64,000 nt of DNA, taken from positions 120,280 through 184,279 of the forward strand of contig JAUXQH010000054.1 of the NCBI GenBank assembly GCA_030685065.1. Reading direction: 5' to 3'. This document shows, piece by piece, positions 36,775-44,789 of this stretch. The position numbers and the translations under genes were made by a program. Every line of letters starts with the position of its first letter. Positions within the stretch are counted from its first letter, which is position 1. Source of the DNA: Pseudomonadota bacterium (GTDB lineage Bacteria > Myxococcota_A > UBA796 > SXON01). Under the pieces are notes generated by a model. That model searched no databases, was not told the DNA's origin, and saw nothing but the letters and a program-made list of their open reading frames with translations.

Positions 36775-37487
36775 CCGCGCGGGACCTCCGCGTGCGCCTC
36801 GGCGACCGCGTCGTTTTGGACGGGCTCGACCTTCACGTCGCGGCGGGCGAGGTCGTCGCGCTCCTCGGGGCGAACGGATCCGGAAAGACAACCGCGCTGC
36901 GCGCGGTGATCGGCCTGTTGCCGTACGAGGGCGAGGTGATCGTGGCGGGGCGGCCGCTGCGCCGCCCGGATCCCACCCGCGTGGCGTGCCTGCTCCAACA
37001 CGAGTCGGTCGCCTTCGATCTCACGGTCGGTGAGGTCGTCGCGCTGGGCGGGCCGGGCGTGAGCAAGGCCCTCGCCGCCGTGGGCCTCGCCGGGTTCGCG
37101 ACCCGCACGATGTCCACGCTCTCGGGCGGTGAGCGCCAGCGGGTTCACCTCGCGCGCTGCCTCGCGGTCGGCGCCTCGCTGTTGGTGCTCGACGAGCCGA
37201 CCAACCACCTGGACCTCGGCGGCCGCGCGACCCTTCGGGACGTGCTCTCCGGCCGGACCGCGCTCGTCGCCACCCACGATCTGGACCTCGCGGCGCACGC
37301 CGACCGTGTGGTCCTGCTTCACGCCGGCCGCGTCCTCGCCGCGGGCTCGCCCCACCTGGTGCTCACCCCTTCCAACCTCGCCGAGGCCTTCGGCGTGGTG
37401 CTCCGCCGCGTCGACGATCCGGTCGACGGCACACCCCTGTTCCACCTGCCCGCCGCCGGGCGCCCCTCCCTGGAGAAGACCGCATGA
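36768..37487 (+). CDS. ABC transporter ATPase (BtuD/FepC-like)
   Basis: Walker A is GANGSGKTT, signature is LSGGERQRV and Walker B is LLVLDEPTNHLD. Confidence 0.9.
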   Translation: MLTARDLRVRLGDRVVLDGLDLHVAAGEVVALLGANGSGKTTALRAVIGLLPYEGEVIVAGRPLRRPDPTRVACLLQHESVAFDLTVGEVVALGGPGVSKALAAVGLAGFATRTMSTLSGGERQRVHLARCLAVGASLLVLDEPTNHLDLGGRATLRDVLSGRTALVATHDLDLAAHADRVVLLHAGRVLAAGSPHLVLTPSNLAEAFGVVLRRVDDPVDGTPLFHLPAAGRPSLEKTA

Positions 37488-38650
37488 CCCTCATCGCCCT
37501 GTTCGCCTGCACGCCCTCCGATCCGCTCGACGCCGCCGAGTCGGCCGACCTGTTGCACCGCGCCTACGTCGTCTCCAACGAGTCGAACGAGATGTTCGTG
37601 TTCGACTACGAGACGCTCGAGGAGATCGGCTCGCTCGACACCACGGTCACGAACGGGGCCGTCAACGGCAACCACATGGCCATGGTCGGGATGGACGGCA
37701 AGACGATCTACACCACGGCCGCCGAGCAGGACGCCCTCGTCATCATCGACGCGGCGACGCTCACCGTGAAGAAGACGATGCCCATCGGTGACCACGCCAC
37801 GCACATGGCCCTTCGCCCCGGCGGCTCCGAGCTCTGGATCATGGCCGAAGACGACAACACCGTCGTCGTCCTCGACACCGAGACCGACACCATCACCCAC
37901 GCGATCACCGACCCCGCCATCACGCTCCCCCACTTCGCCCGCTTCTCCGGCGACTACGCGTACATCCCGAGCATCGGCGGCAACCAGATCTCCATCGTGG
38001 AGCTCGCGACCTACACCGTCATCGACACGCTCGTCGGAGACGGCCTGCTCGAGGGCCCCTGCGAAGGGGATCCCTGCGGCTACGCGGACGCCCAGATCGA
38101 CCCGAACGGCGTGCTGTTCGCGTCGAACTTCACCACCGGCAAGGTCATCGTGTACGACACCGTCACGGGTGAGCGTGGCCCCGACGTGTCAGTGGGCTCG
38201 CAGACCTGGTCCGCGTTCGTCGATCCGTTCTCGCCGCTCATCGAGGATGGCGGTGACTCCTTCGCCTTCGTCCCGAGCTGGATGACCTCGACCATCTCCC
38301 GCATCGGCGCGGACGGCACCGCGGCGATCTGGGCGGCGGGTGACAGCGAGGTCTACGGGGTCAACTTCAGCGCGACCGCGCCCGGCGAGGCCTTCGTGCT
38401 GAACCGCACCCGCCACGAGGTGGCCGTGCTCGACCGCGAGAGCGGCGAGGTGCTCGACACCCTCGACGTGGGCGGCACGACCGAGACCGGCACCACCACG
38501 CCGGACGGGCGGCTCCTGCTCCCCATCTCCAGCACGGGTGAGGTCGCGATCATCGACACGGCGACCCACCAGGAGTTGGCGCGGTTCAGGGGGGTCGGGA
38601 CCTACCCCTGGTCGGTCTCAACCGTCGATGGGCAGAATTACTGTCACTGA
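37484..38650 (+). CDS. Beta-propeller (YVTN/lactonase-type repeat) lipoprotein, last gene of the B12 operon
   Basis: Leader is MTLIALFAC. Repeated blade-like units (YVVSNESNEMFVFD, ALVIIDAATLTV, NTVVVLDTETDTI, NQISIVELATYTV, GKVIVYDTVTG, HEVAVLDRESGEV, GEVAIIDTATHQ). ATGA overlap with the ATPase gene. Confidence 0.85.
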   Translation: MTLIALFACTPSDPLDAAESADLLHRAYVVSNESNEMFVFDYETLEEIGSLDTTVTNGAVNGNHMAMVGMDGKTIYTTAAEQDALVIIDAATLTVKKTMPIGDHATHMALRPGGSELWIMAEDDNTVVVLDTETDTITHAITDPAITLPHFARFSGDYAYIPSIGGNQISIVELATYTVIDTLVGDGLLEGPCEGDPCGYADAQIDPNGVLFASNFTTGKVIVYDTVTGERGPDVSVGSQTWSAFVDPFSPLIEDGGDSFAFVPSWMTSTISRIGADGTAAIWAAGDSEVYGVNFSATAPGEAFVLNRTRHEVAVLDRESGEVLDTLDVGGTTETGTTTPDGRLLLPISSTGEVAIIDTATHQELARFRGVGTYPWSVSTVDGQNYCH

Positions 38651-38715
38651 GGGGCTGGCACTGAAGGGTGTGTGTTGGGTCCCTGCCGCTCGGCATCGGG
38701 GAGGTCGTCACGACT

Positions 38716-38811
38716 TCACCCGGGCTTGATCGCCACCTTCAGCAGGCCATCACGCTGGTTCGCGAACAGCTCATAGGCCTCGACGATGTTGTCCAGCTTG
38801 AGCCGGTGCGG
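38716..38811 (-). pseudogene. 31-codon 3' remnant of a Zn-dependent medium-chain alcohol dehydrogenase (MDR family)
   Basis: The minus strand reads PHRLKLDNIVEAYELFANQRDGLLKVAIKPG* , the canonical MDR C-terminus (HR.xLDxIxEAYxxF....G..KV.I.P). There is no upstream body. It lies directly after, and in frame with, the anti-sigma TAG. Confidence 0.5.
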
Positions 38812-39069
38812 CTACCCTTCGTCGTGGAGCCGCGCCGCGACGCGCTCGAGGAGCCCGGGATCCACCGGCTCGGGCGTCGCGAGAGTGCGGCGCAGGGTCG
38901 TGACGATGCCGGTGAAGCGGCCGCCGAAGCGCTCGCACCAGTCGCAGCCGCGGAGGTGCTCGTAGATGCGCGCGACCGTGTCGGGCGGAGCCTCGCCGTC
39001 GAGGAATTCGGACAGGTGGGCGAGCACCTCGCCGCAGCGCAGGCCACCGACCTCGCGATCATGTGACAC
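38812..39069 (-). CDS. Zinc-binding anti-sigma factor (ZAS family, RsrA-like)
   Basis: 85 aa with a C-x..H...C-x-x-C arrangement (GLRCGEVLAHL...EHLRGCDWC). 11-nt overlap with the upstream ECF sigma gene. Confidence 0.8.
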   Translation of the reverse strand: MSHDREVGGLRCGEVLAHLSEFLDGEAPPDTVARIYEHLRGCDWCERFGGRFTGIVTTLRRTLATPEPVDPGLLERVAARLHDEG

Positions 39070-39637
39070 CGAGACCTCCTTCGCGGAGCGCGCCCGCGAG
39101 ACGCAGGCGAGCTCGATGCAGACGCGTCTTCATCGTGGCGAGCGGGACGCCGAGCATCGCGGCGGCGTCGTCGCCGGAGAGCCCCTCGAGATCGCGCAGG
39201 ACGAGGATCTCCTGGTCGTCGGGGCCGAGCGAGCCCAGCGCTCGCGTGAACGCCGCGCGATCCTCGCGGGCCACCATGATCTCCTCCGGATCGGCGCCCC
39301 ATCCCGCGGCGACGCCGAGCTCGTCGAGCCCCTCGAAGCGCGCTGGCTGCCCCACCCGGCGGCGGTGCTGCCGGTGACACGAATTGCGCGTGATCGTCAG
39401 GATCCAGCCGCGCGCGCTCTCTCCGCCAGCGAAGCCCGACGCCCCGCGCATCGCCGCGACGAAGGCGTCCTGGACGGCGTCTTCGGCGAGCACGGGGTCT
39501 CCGGTGAGCGCGCGCGCGTAGCGAAACGCGGCGTCGAGGTGACGCGCGAGGAACGCGCCGCAGGCGTCACGGTCACCCGAGCCACAGCGCGCCAGCAGCG
39601 CGCGGTCGGTCAGGAGGTCGACTTGTTCACCGGGCAC
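39059..39637 (-). CDS. ECF (group IV) sigma-70 family RNA polymerase sigma factor
   Basis: Region 2 is AEDAVQDAFVAAM...WILTITRN. Region 4 is LVLRDLEGLSGDDAAAMLGVPLATMKTRLHRAR. Confidence 0.9.
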   Translation of the reverse strand: MPGEQVDLLTDRALLARCGSGDRDACGAFLARHLDAAFRYARALTGDPVLAEDAVQDAFVAAMRGASGFAGGESARGWILTITRNSCHRQHRRRVGQPARFEGLDELGVAAGWGADPEEIMVAREDRAAFTRALGSLGPDDQEILVLRDLEGLSGDDAAAMLGVPLATMKTRLHRARLRLAGALREGGLGVT

Positions 39638-39822
39638 GTGCCAATCCCGAGCAGCGTGTAGATCGGGCAGCTGCCGAGCGCCCCGGTAACCAGCGGGACG
39701 AGCCCGACGAGGCCCAGGAGCGACTTCGGGCCGACGAACACGAGGGAGAGGAGCACGAGGCCGACGATCACGCGGAGCGTGCGGTCGATGGTGCCTTCGT
39801 TGTGGGGGAGCAGGCGCGACAT
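39610..39822 (-). CDS. DUF2892 (YgaP-like) small membrane protein (70 aa)
   Basis: GTIDRTLRVIVGLVLLSLVF.GP...LGLVGLVPLVTGALGSCPIYTLLGIGTCP matches the DUF2892 pattern. Start at internal ATG 39822. 28-nt overlap with the sigma gene. Confidence 0.75.
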   Translation of the reverse strand: MSRLLPHNEGTIDRTLRVIVGLVLLSLVFVGPKSLLGLVGLVPLVTGALGSCPIYTLLGIGTCPVNKSTS

Positions 39823-39937
39823 GGGAATCTCCGAGGCGTCTCCGGAATGGATCCGTCTGCCGGGGAGAGCCGGGGAGGGGGCCGGAGGATTCACATGAAG
39901 GCGAGAATCATCGGTCGTCGGGGCCCGGCAAGGCCTC

Positions 39938-39983
39938 CTGATCGCGGCGCACAGGGCCGGCTGATCGCGGCGCACAGGGCCGG
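39938..39983. repeat. Perfect 23-nt tandem duplication (ctgatcgcggcgcacagggccgg x2) upstream of the DUF2892/ECF operon
   Basis: Read directly: 39938-39960 equals 39961-39983. Confidence 0.95.
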
Positions 39984-40090
39984 CGCAGAACGCGCGCAGA
40001 AGCAGATGGATTTGCGACGCTCTGGCTTCACGGAGTTCACCTCCGACGCCTCCCGCACGACTCGGGCGTCGCCGACGGTCCGGTATGTGA

Positions 40091-41056
40091 TCACGGATCG
40101 ACGCCGGCGCACCTGTACATCCCCCTCCGGGCGCGGGGGAAACCGCGGAGCACCTCGCAACCGTCCGCCTCCCAGGCGAGGGCGCCGGTGGTCACCCACA
40201 ACACCGCCTCGTCCTCCACCCAGCCCGACACGAGCGCCTTGCATCCGCCCTTGCAGGATTCGTCCGGATCGCCGCCATCGCCGCGCGCACGCAGCACGCC
40301 CACCCCCGTTGCCGCGGCCTCGACGTCACCGAATTCCAAGTATGTCACGACGACGGTATGCCCTCCACGGGACAAGTCGACGCTGCACGCCTCGCGAACC
40401 GGTGGGAGCGTGGCTTCCTCCTTTGCGGCGATCAGCGCGCTCCCAGGACGGCACTTCGGCTCGCTCACGTCGAAGCCGAGGGATTCCGCCGATTGCACGC
40501 CGTAGTGCATCGACACGGGCAGGCGTGTCCACGGATCGGGCGGGGGAGGCTCTCCGTTCGCGTACACGCACTCGACGCCGGTAGGGGTCTCTGCGCAGAT
40601 CTTGGCGTCGGCGGCGCACGACTCGAGACGGGTGCGCCACTGGTAGGCCCCGGTGCAAACGTCCATCGCGAAGGGGCCACTCCCACCGAGGTTGGGGCAG
40701 TCGCAGACCTGGACGAAGTCGCCTTCGCAACGTGACGCGCCCTTCTCGCACTCGGCTCCGACGGACGGGGCCAGACAGGCCGACAGGGCAAGGAGCGGCA
40801 GCAACGCGACCGCAGCGGACAGGCGACATGATGCGCCGGGAAAAGCTGAACTAATGCGCCTTCGTCCCTCCGCGACCCCTGCCGAGCCACGTTCGCGCGC
40901 GGCCTGGAGGCCATTCGCGGGCAGGGTCACTTGGTTGTCGGCGGGGCGGGGGGCGGCGCCGGAGGCGCGGGCGCGCCGGTCTGCCGCCGGCACGAGTGGT
41001 GGGCCCGTCGCAGCGGGGTCCGACGAGCAAGCGAGCGCCACCCAGATCACCGACAC
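40091..41056 (-). CDS. Cysteine-rich secreted protein or lipoprotein, start uncertain
   Basis: The body has good coding composition (CEKGASRCEGDFVQVCDCPN...CAADAKICAETPTGVECVY). There is an internal lipobox segment AVALLPLLALSAC and a second lipobox-like N-terminus MSVIWVALAC at the GTG of the longest ORF. Confidence 0.6.
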   Translation of the reverse strand: MSVIWVALACSSDPAATGPPLVPAADRRARASGAAPRPADNQVTLPANGLQAARERGSAGVAEGRRRISSAFPGASCRLSAAVALLPLLALSACLAPSVGAECEKGASRCEGDFVQVCDCPNLGGSGPFAMDVCTGAYQWRTRLESCAADAKICAETPTGVECVYANGEPPPPDPWTRLPVSMHYGVQSAESLGFDVSEPKCRPGSALIAAKEEATLPPVREACSVDLSRGGHTVVVTYLEFGDVEAAATGVGVLRARGDGGDPDESCKGGCKALVSGWVEDEAVLWVTTGALAWEADGCEVLRGFPRARRGMYRCAGVDP

Positions 41057-41177
41057 CTCCTAGCTCCCGATCGGGAATTCGGCGATATCGTCGGGCAACG
41101 GGAGCCTCCTCCCTACCGGCCCGTGGCGCGCTCGCGTCGGCGCCGTACCCGGGCTATCCGGGCCGCGGAGGTGACCC

Positions 41178-41987
41178 GTGGACCCCGTCGAAGAGCTCCT
41201 CAAGGAGACCCGCCGACACCTCTCAGCCGGGCGGTCCGCCAAGGCAGACGAGACCCTGGACGAGGCGATCGCCCTCGCGGCGGCCGAGCCGCCTTCCGTC
41301 GAGCGCGCCTTCGCGTTCGGTCGCTTCGGCGCCGGGTTCCTCCCCGCGATCGCGCGGCTGCCGACGCTGACGCGCGCCGTCGAGATCGCGTGGGCAACGG
41401 AGGACGGAGCGACCACCTGCTTCTGGGTGGAGCACCTCGTGAACGACGCCCTGGAGGCCGGGCGGCCCGAGGCCGCGCTGCCGGACGTGGCGCGGCTCCT
41501 GGCGGAGCCGTGGCTGAGCGCGTGGGAGCGCACGCGGGCAGTGGGGTGGGAGCGAAAGCTCACGCGGGCCGCCGCGAAGGCGGAGAAGGCGGCGCAGCCG
41601 AAGCCGACGAAGGTCAGGCCCGTCGCGCCGGCGCCGACGCCGAGGGGGAAGGCCGGCGGCTCGAAGCCGGCGGGCAACGTGGCCCGGTGGCTCACGCGGA
41701 CGCGCGCCGCGGTACGGGCGCTCGCGCGCGCCGAGGAGGTCGATCCCGACGCGCTCGCCGAGGTGTTGGGCCAACTCGAGGGGCTCGCCCGGGATCTCCG
41801 CGCGCTGGGCGGAGACCGGGGCGCGCACGTGCTGGACGACCCGGAGGATGTCGAGGATCCGCAGAAGCGGCTCGTCGTGGCTTCCGGAGAGAGCGACGCC
41901 CGCGCCCGGGTGGAGGGACTCGAGGCGATCGACGAAGGCACGCCTTTCGCGGAGGTGCAGGCGTTGCTGGAGCCGGCGGAGTGGTGA
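41178..41987 (+). CDS. Hypothetical protein (269 aa)
   Basis: GTG start, plausible composition with a Lys/Ala/Pro-rich central linker. No family recognised. Confidence 0.55.
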   Translation: MDPVEELLKETRRHLSAGRSAKADETLDEAIALAAAEPPSVERAFAFGRFGAGFLPAIARLPTLTRAVEIAWATEDGATTCFWVEHLVNDALEAGRPEAALPDVARLLAEPWLSAWERTRAVGWERKLTRAAAKAEKAAQPKPTKVRPVAPAPTPRGKAGGSKPAGNVARWLTRTRAAVRALARAEEVDPDALAEVLGQLEGLARDLRALGGDRGAHVLDDPEDVEDPQKRLVVASGESDARARVEGLEAIDEGTPFAEVQALLEPAEW

Positions 41988-42242
41988 GCTGGCCCGAGTG
42001 TCGGCCGCATCCCCGAGGTCGCCGTGCGCTTCGATGGCGCCGGCAAGGAAGCGTAGGTGATACGACGCCTTCGCCGAAATGACGGCATCATACAACACAT
42101 ACGCGTTACGATGCCTGCCTGAACATCAGGCGAGAAGGTCGGTTACTCATGGGCCCTCCTATGGGCCTGGGGGGCAGGCGGAACGTAGGCGTGGGGGCAG
42201 TCCGGCGGAAGAGGCCGGCCTGTGGGTTTCCGAGCCTCGAAC

Positions 42243-43409
42243 CTACAACCCCGACCACTTCCCAATGATCTCCTTCATCACCTCGCTCGTCCCCCCGCCA
42301 ATCGTCAACAGGCGGACGTCACGAAACGCGCGGCAGATATCGTACTCTTCGATGAAGCCGTACCCGCCGTGGAACTGCAGGCAGTCGTAGGCCACCTTCT
42401 GCGCCATGTCCGCGGTGAAGAGCTTGGCTTGGGACACCTCGAGCGTGGGATCCTCACCCGAGTTGATCTTCTGGACCGCGCGGTAGGTGAGCCAGCGGGC
42501 GGCCTCGAGGCCGGTGAGGTGATCGGCGAACGTGTGCTTCCACACCTGGAACTTTCCGATCGGCTTGCCGAACGCCTGGCGGGTCTGGCCGTAGGCGATG
42601 GCGTCCTTCAGTTGGATCTCCATGCCGCTGTACGCCATGATCGCGGCGACCAGGCGCTCCCCCTGGAAGTTCTGCATGATGTGGACGAAGCCGCCGTTCA
42701 GCGCGCCGAGCAGGTTCGCGACCGGCACGCGGCACTCGTCGAAATGCAGGAGCGAGCTGTCGACCGAGCGCGTTCCCAACTTGTCGAGCTTCTTGCCGAC
42801 GGTGAACCCGGGCGTGTCGGTCGGGAAGATGACGAGAGACACGCCGCCGAAGCCTGGATCCCCCGTGCGAACCGCGAGGATGATGAAGTCGGCGAAGGCG
42901 CCGTTGGTGATGTAGGTCTTCGCGCCGGTGATGACGAAGTGATCGCCGTCGATGCGCGCGGTGGTCTGGAGGTTGGCAACGTCCGAGCCGGCGCCGGGCT
43001 CGGTGATGCCGAGGGCGCCGATCTTCTCGCCTCGGATGGCCGGGACCAACCACTGCTGCTTCTGGGCCTCGGTGCCGATCTCGTTGATGACCGGCGTGCT
43101 GATGTCGGTGTGCACGAAGATCGACATGACGACGCCGCCGTTCCGCGACTGGCAGAGCTCCTCGATCATCGCGGTGTGCGCCCACCAGTCCATCCCGGCG
43201 CCGCCGTACTCCTCGGGGAAGCGGATGCCGAGCAGCCCGAGCTCCGCCATCTTCTTGAACATCTCGCGCGCGGGCCAGTCGCCGTCCTTGTCCCAGTCGA
43301 AGCGGTGGGGTGTCAGGTGCGTGAGCGTGAAGTCACGGACCAGCTTGCGGAGGAGCGCGTGGTCCTCGGTGAACGGCGGGAAGGCGGCGGTCATGGAAGA
43401 GGTGCTCAT
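42243..43409 (-). CDS. Acyl-CoA dehydrogenase
   Basis: 388 aa with FTEDHALLRKLVRDF, FKKMAELGLLGIRFPEEYGG, ITEPGAGSDVA, and FGGYGF-type C-terminus (HGGYGFIEEY...TIGGGTSEV). Confidence 0.92.
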   Translation of the reverse strand: MSTSSMTAAFPPFTEDHALLRKLVRDFTLTHLTPHRFDWDKDGDWPAREMFKKMAELGLLGIRFPEEYGGAGMDWWAHTAMIEELCQSRNGGVVMSIFVHTDISTPVINEIGTEAQKQQWLVPAIRGEKIGALGITEPGAGSDVANLQTTARIDGDHFVITGAKTYITNGAFADFIILAVRTGDPGFGGVSLVIFPTDTPGFTVGKKLDKLGTRSVDSSLLHFDECRVPVANLLGALNGGFVHIMQNFQGERLVAAIMAYSGMEIQLKDAIAYGQTRQAFGKPIGKFQVWKHTFADHLTGLEAARWLTYRAVQKINSGEDPTLEVSQAKLFTADMAQKVAYDCLQFHGGYGFIEEYDICRAFRDVRLLTIGGGTSEVMKEIIGKWSGL

Positions 43410-43493
43410 CGCGGGAGCCTATCGCCGGAACGGAACGGTGGTAGGGTCGCCCCATGATCGTCATGGAGGGGTTTCGGGAAAGCGGGTGGTCCG

Positions 43494-44348
43494 ATGCCTG
43501 AGCGCCCCGACCTCGAGCACCAGGTCCCCATCCTCGCGCGGCGGCTGATCGGGACCACGATCACGGGGGTCCGCGTCCGGAAGCCGGTGGTCCTCCGTGC
43601 GCCCCTCGGGCTCGAGGTCCTCGTGGGCCGCACGGTTCGGGACGTGCGCCGGATGGGGCACTTCGTCGTCGTGACGTTCGACGGCGAGTGGGACATGGTC
43701 GTCCATCTCATGCTGGCGGGGCGCTTCTCGTTCGCGCGCGCCGGGCAGAAGGACTCGGGAGACCTCGCCGTCGTCTGGGGGCTGCTGGGCGGCGGAGAGG
43801 GCGACGAAGAGCTCCGCTACCGTGACGACGTGCAGATGGGAAAGGTGTACCTGGTCCCCGCTGGAGACCTCGCGAGCGTGCCCGGCTTGTTGCCCGTGGG
43901 GATCGATGTGCTCGGGCCGGCGTTCACGCGGGAGCGGCTGGGCGAGCTGGTGAAAAAGCGCCGCGAGCAGGTGAAGGTGTTCCTGAAGGACAAGAACACC
44001 ATCGATAGTTTTGGCAGCGCCTACGCCGACGAGACCCTCTGGGAGGCGGGCCTCCACCCCAAGGCGACCACGAGCACCTTGTCGCGCGAACAGTTGGATC
44101 GGCTTCACGCGGCGATGGTGAAGGTGCTCAGGGAGGCGCGGGAAGAGATCGCTCGCCGTGATCCTCCATTGGACGAGAAGGTCCGAGACTTCCTCGCGGT
44201 GCGGAATCGGGGAGGGGAGCCGTGCCCACGGTGTGGAGCGAAGATCCGGAGCGCCGGGGTGCATGGGCATGATGCTTTCTTCTGTCCGGTCTGCCAGCCT
44301 GACTTGGGAGGGAAGGGGGCGTTGGACTGGCGGTCGATCGGGAAGTAG
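43494..44348 (+). CDS. Fpg/Nei family DNA glycosylase (formamidopyrimidine/endonuclease VIII-like)
   Basis: The N-terminal MPE carries the catalytic Pro2/Glu3. There is an H2TH region, and the C-terminal zinc finger is CPRCGAKI...FFCPVCQ. Confidence 0.88.
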   Translation: MPERPDLEHQVPILARRLIGTTITGVRVRKPVVLRAPLGLEVLVGRTVRDVRRMGHFVVVTFDGEWDMVVHLMLAGRFSFARAGQKDSGDLAVVWGLLGGGEGDEELRYRDDVQMGKVYLVPAGDLASVPGLLPVGIDVLGPAFTRERLGELVKKRREQVKVFLKDKNTIDSFGSAYADETLWEAGLHPKATTSTLSREQLDRLHAAMVKVLREAREEIARRDPPLDEKVRDFLAVRNRGGEPCPRCGAKIRSAGVHGHDAFFCPVCQPDLGGKGALDWRSIGK

Positions 44349-44789
44349 GCTCCGCCCGGACGGGGCCCGCGACAACGCAGGAGACATCGGGACACGACCC
44401 GTTGGAGACCCCCCTGGACGCCATCGCGCTCGCGAGGGCTACCCCGGTGGCCACGCCGAGCGCGGCGCCCCGCTGGAGGCCAACGCCCGCGCCCGCGAGG
44501 AGGCCCCCGGCCAGGTGGACCACGACCTTCTGAAGCTCCCTCCGGATGTGGTAAATAGTAAGGTACAAGCTGACTCAACCTCCGGTGGACGCCGATAACC
44601 CATGCGCGACCACATCGAGGTAGGCACGAGGAAGAAAGAGTGGAAGGATGCGCGGCATCATCTGCGCCGCGTCCTCTTGTAGAAGTGTTTGGTTCCTCCG
44701 GCCTGGCTCTCCGAGCGAAGAGCGCGACGGGGCGCTTTGTGTGCTACCCTGCCCACCCCGAGCCCGGCCGCAGGGAACCTGGAGAATAA

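Noticed and set aside
38809-38814. Possible programmed read-through of the anti-sigma TAG into the in-frame ADH-like tail.
   Set aside because: Being in frame has a one-in-three chance. The tail is a fragment of an unrelated enzyme fold with no plausible function when fused to a ZAS domain. A recombination scar is the simpler explanation.
42225-42255. The T-loop-like string GGTTCGAGG on the minus strand suggested a tRNA.
   Set aside because: No complementary T-stem, acceptor stem or anticodon arm can be drawn. The segment is the 3' end of the acyl-CoA dehydrogenase coding sequence.
44128-44568. A minus-strand ORF with a glycine-zipper-like start (…VVHLAGGLLAGAGVGLQRGAALGVATGVALASAMA…) and high GC3 over its first ~60 codons, in the 440-nt gap after fpg.
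   Set aside because: No stop occurs until it has run about 220 nt antisense into the fpg coding region. The only upstream start is a TTG inside an AT-rich patch. It is worth a frame-plot check, but I cannot define a credible gene.
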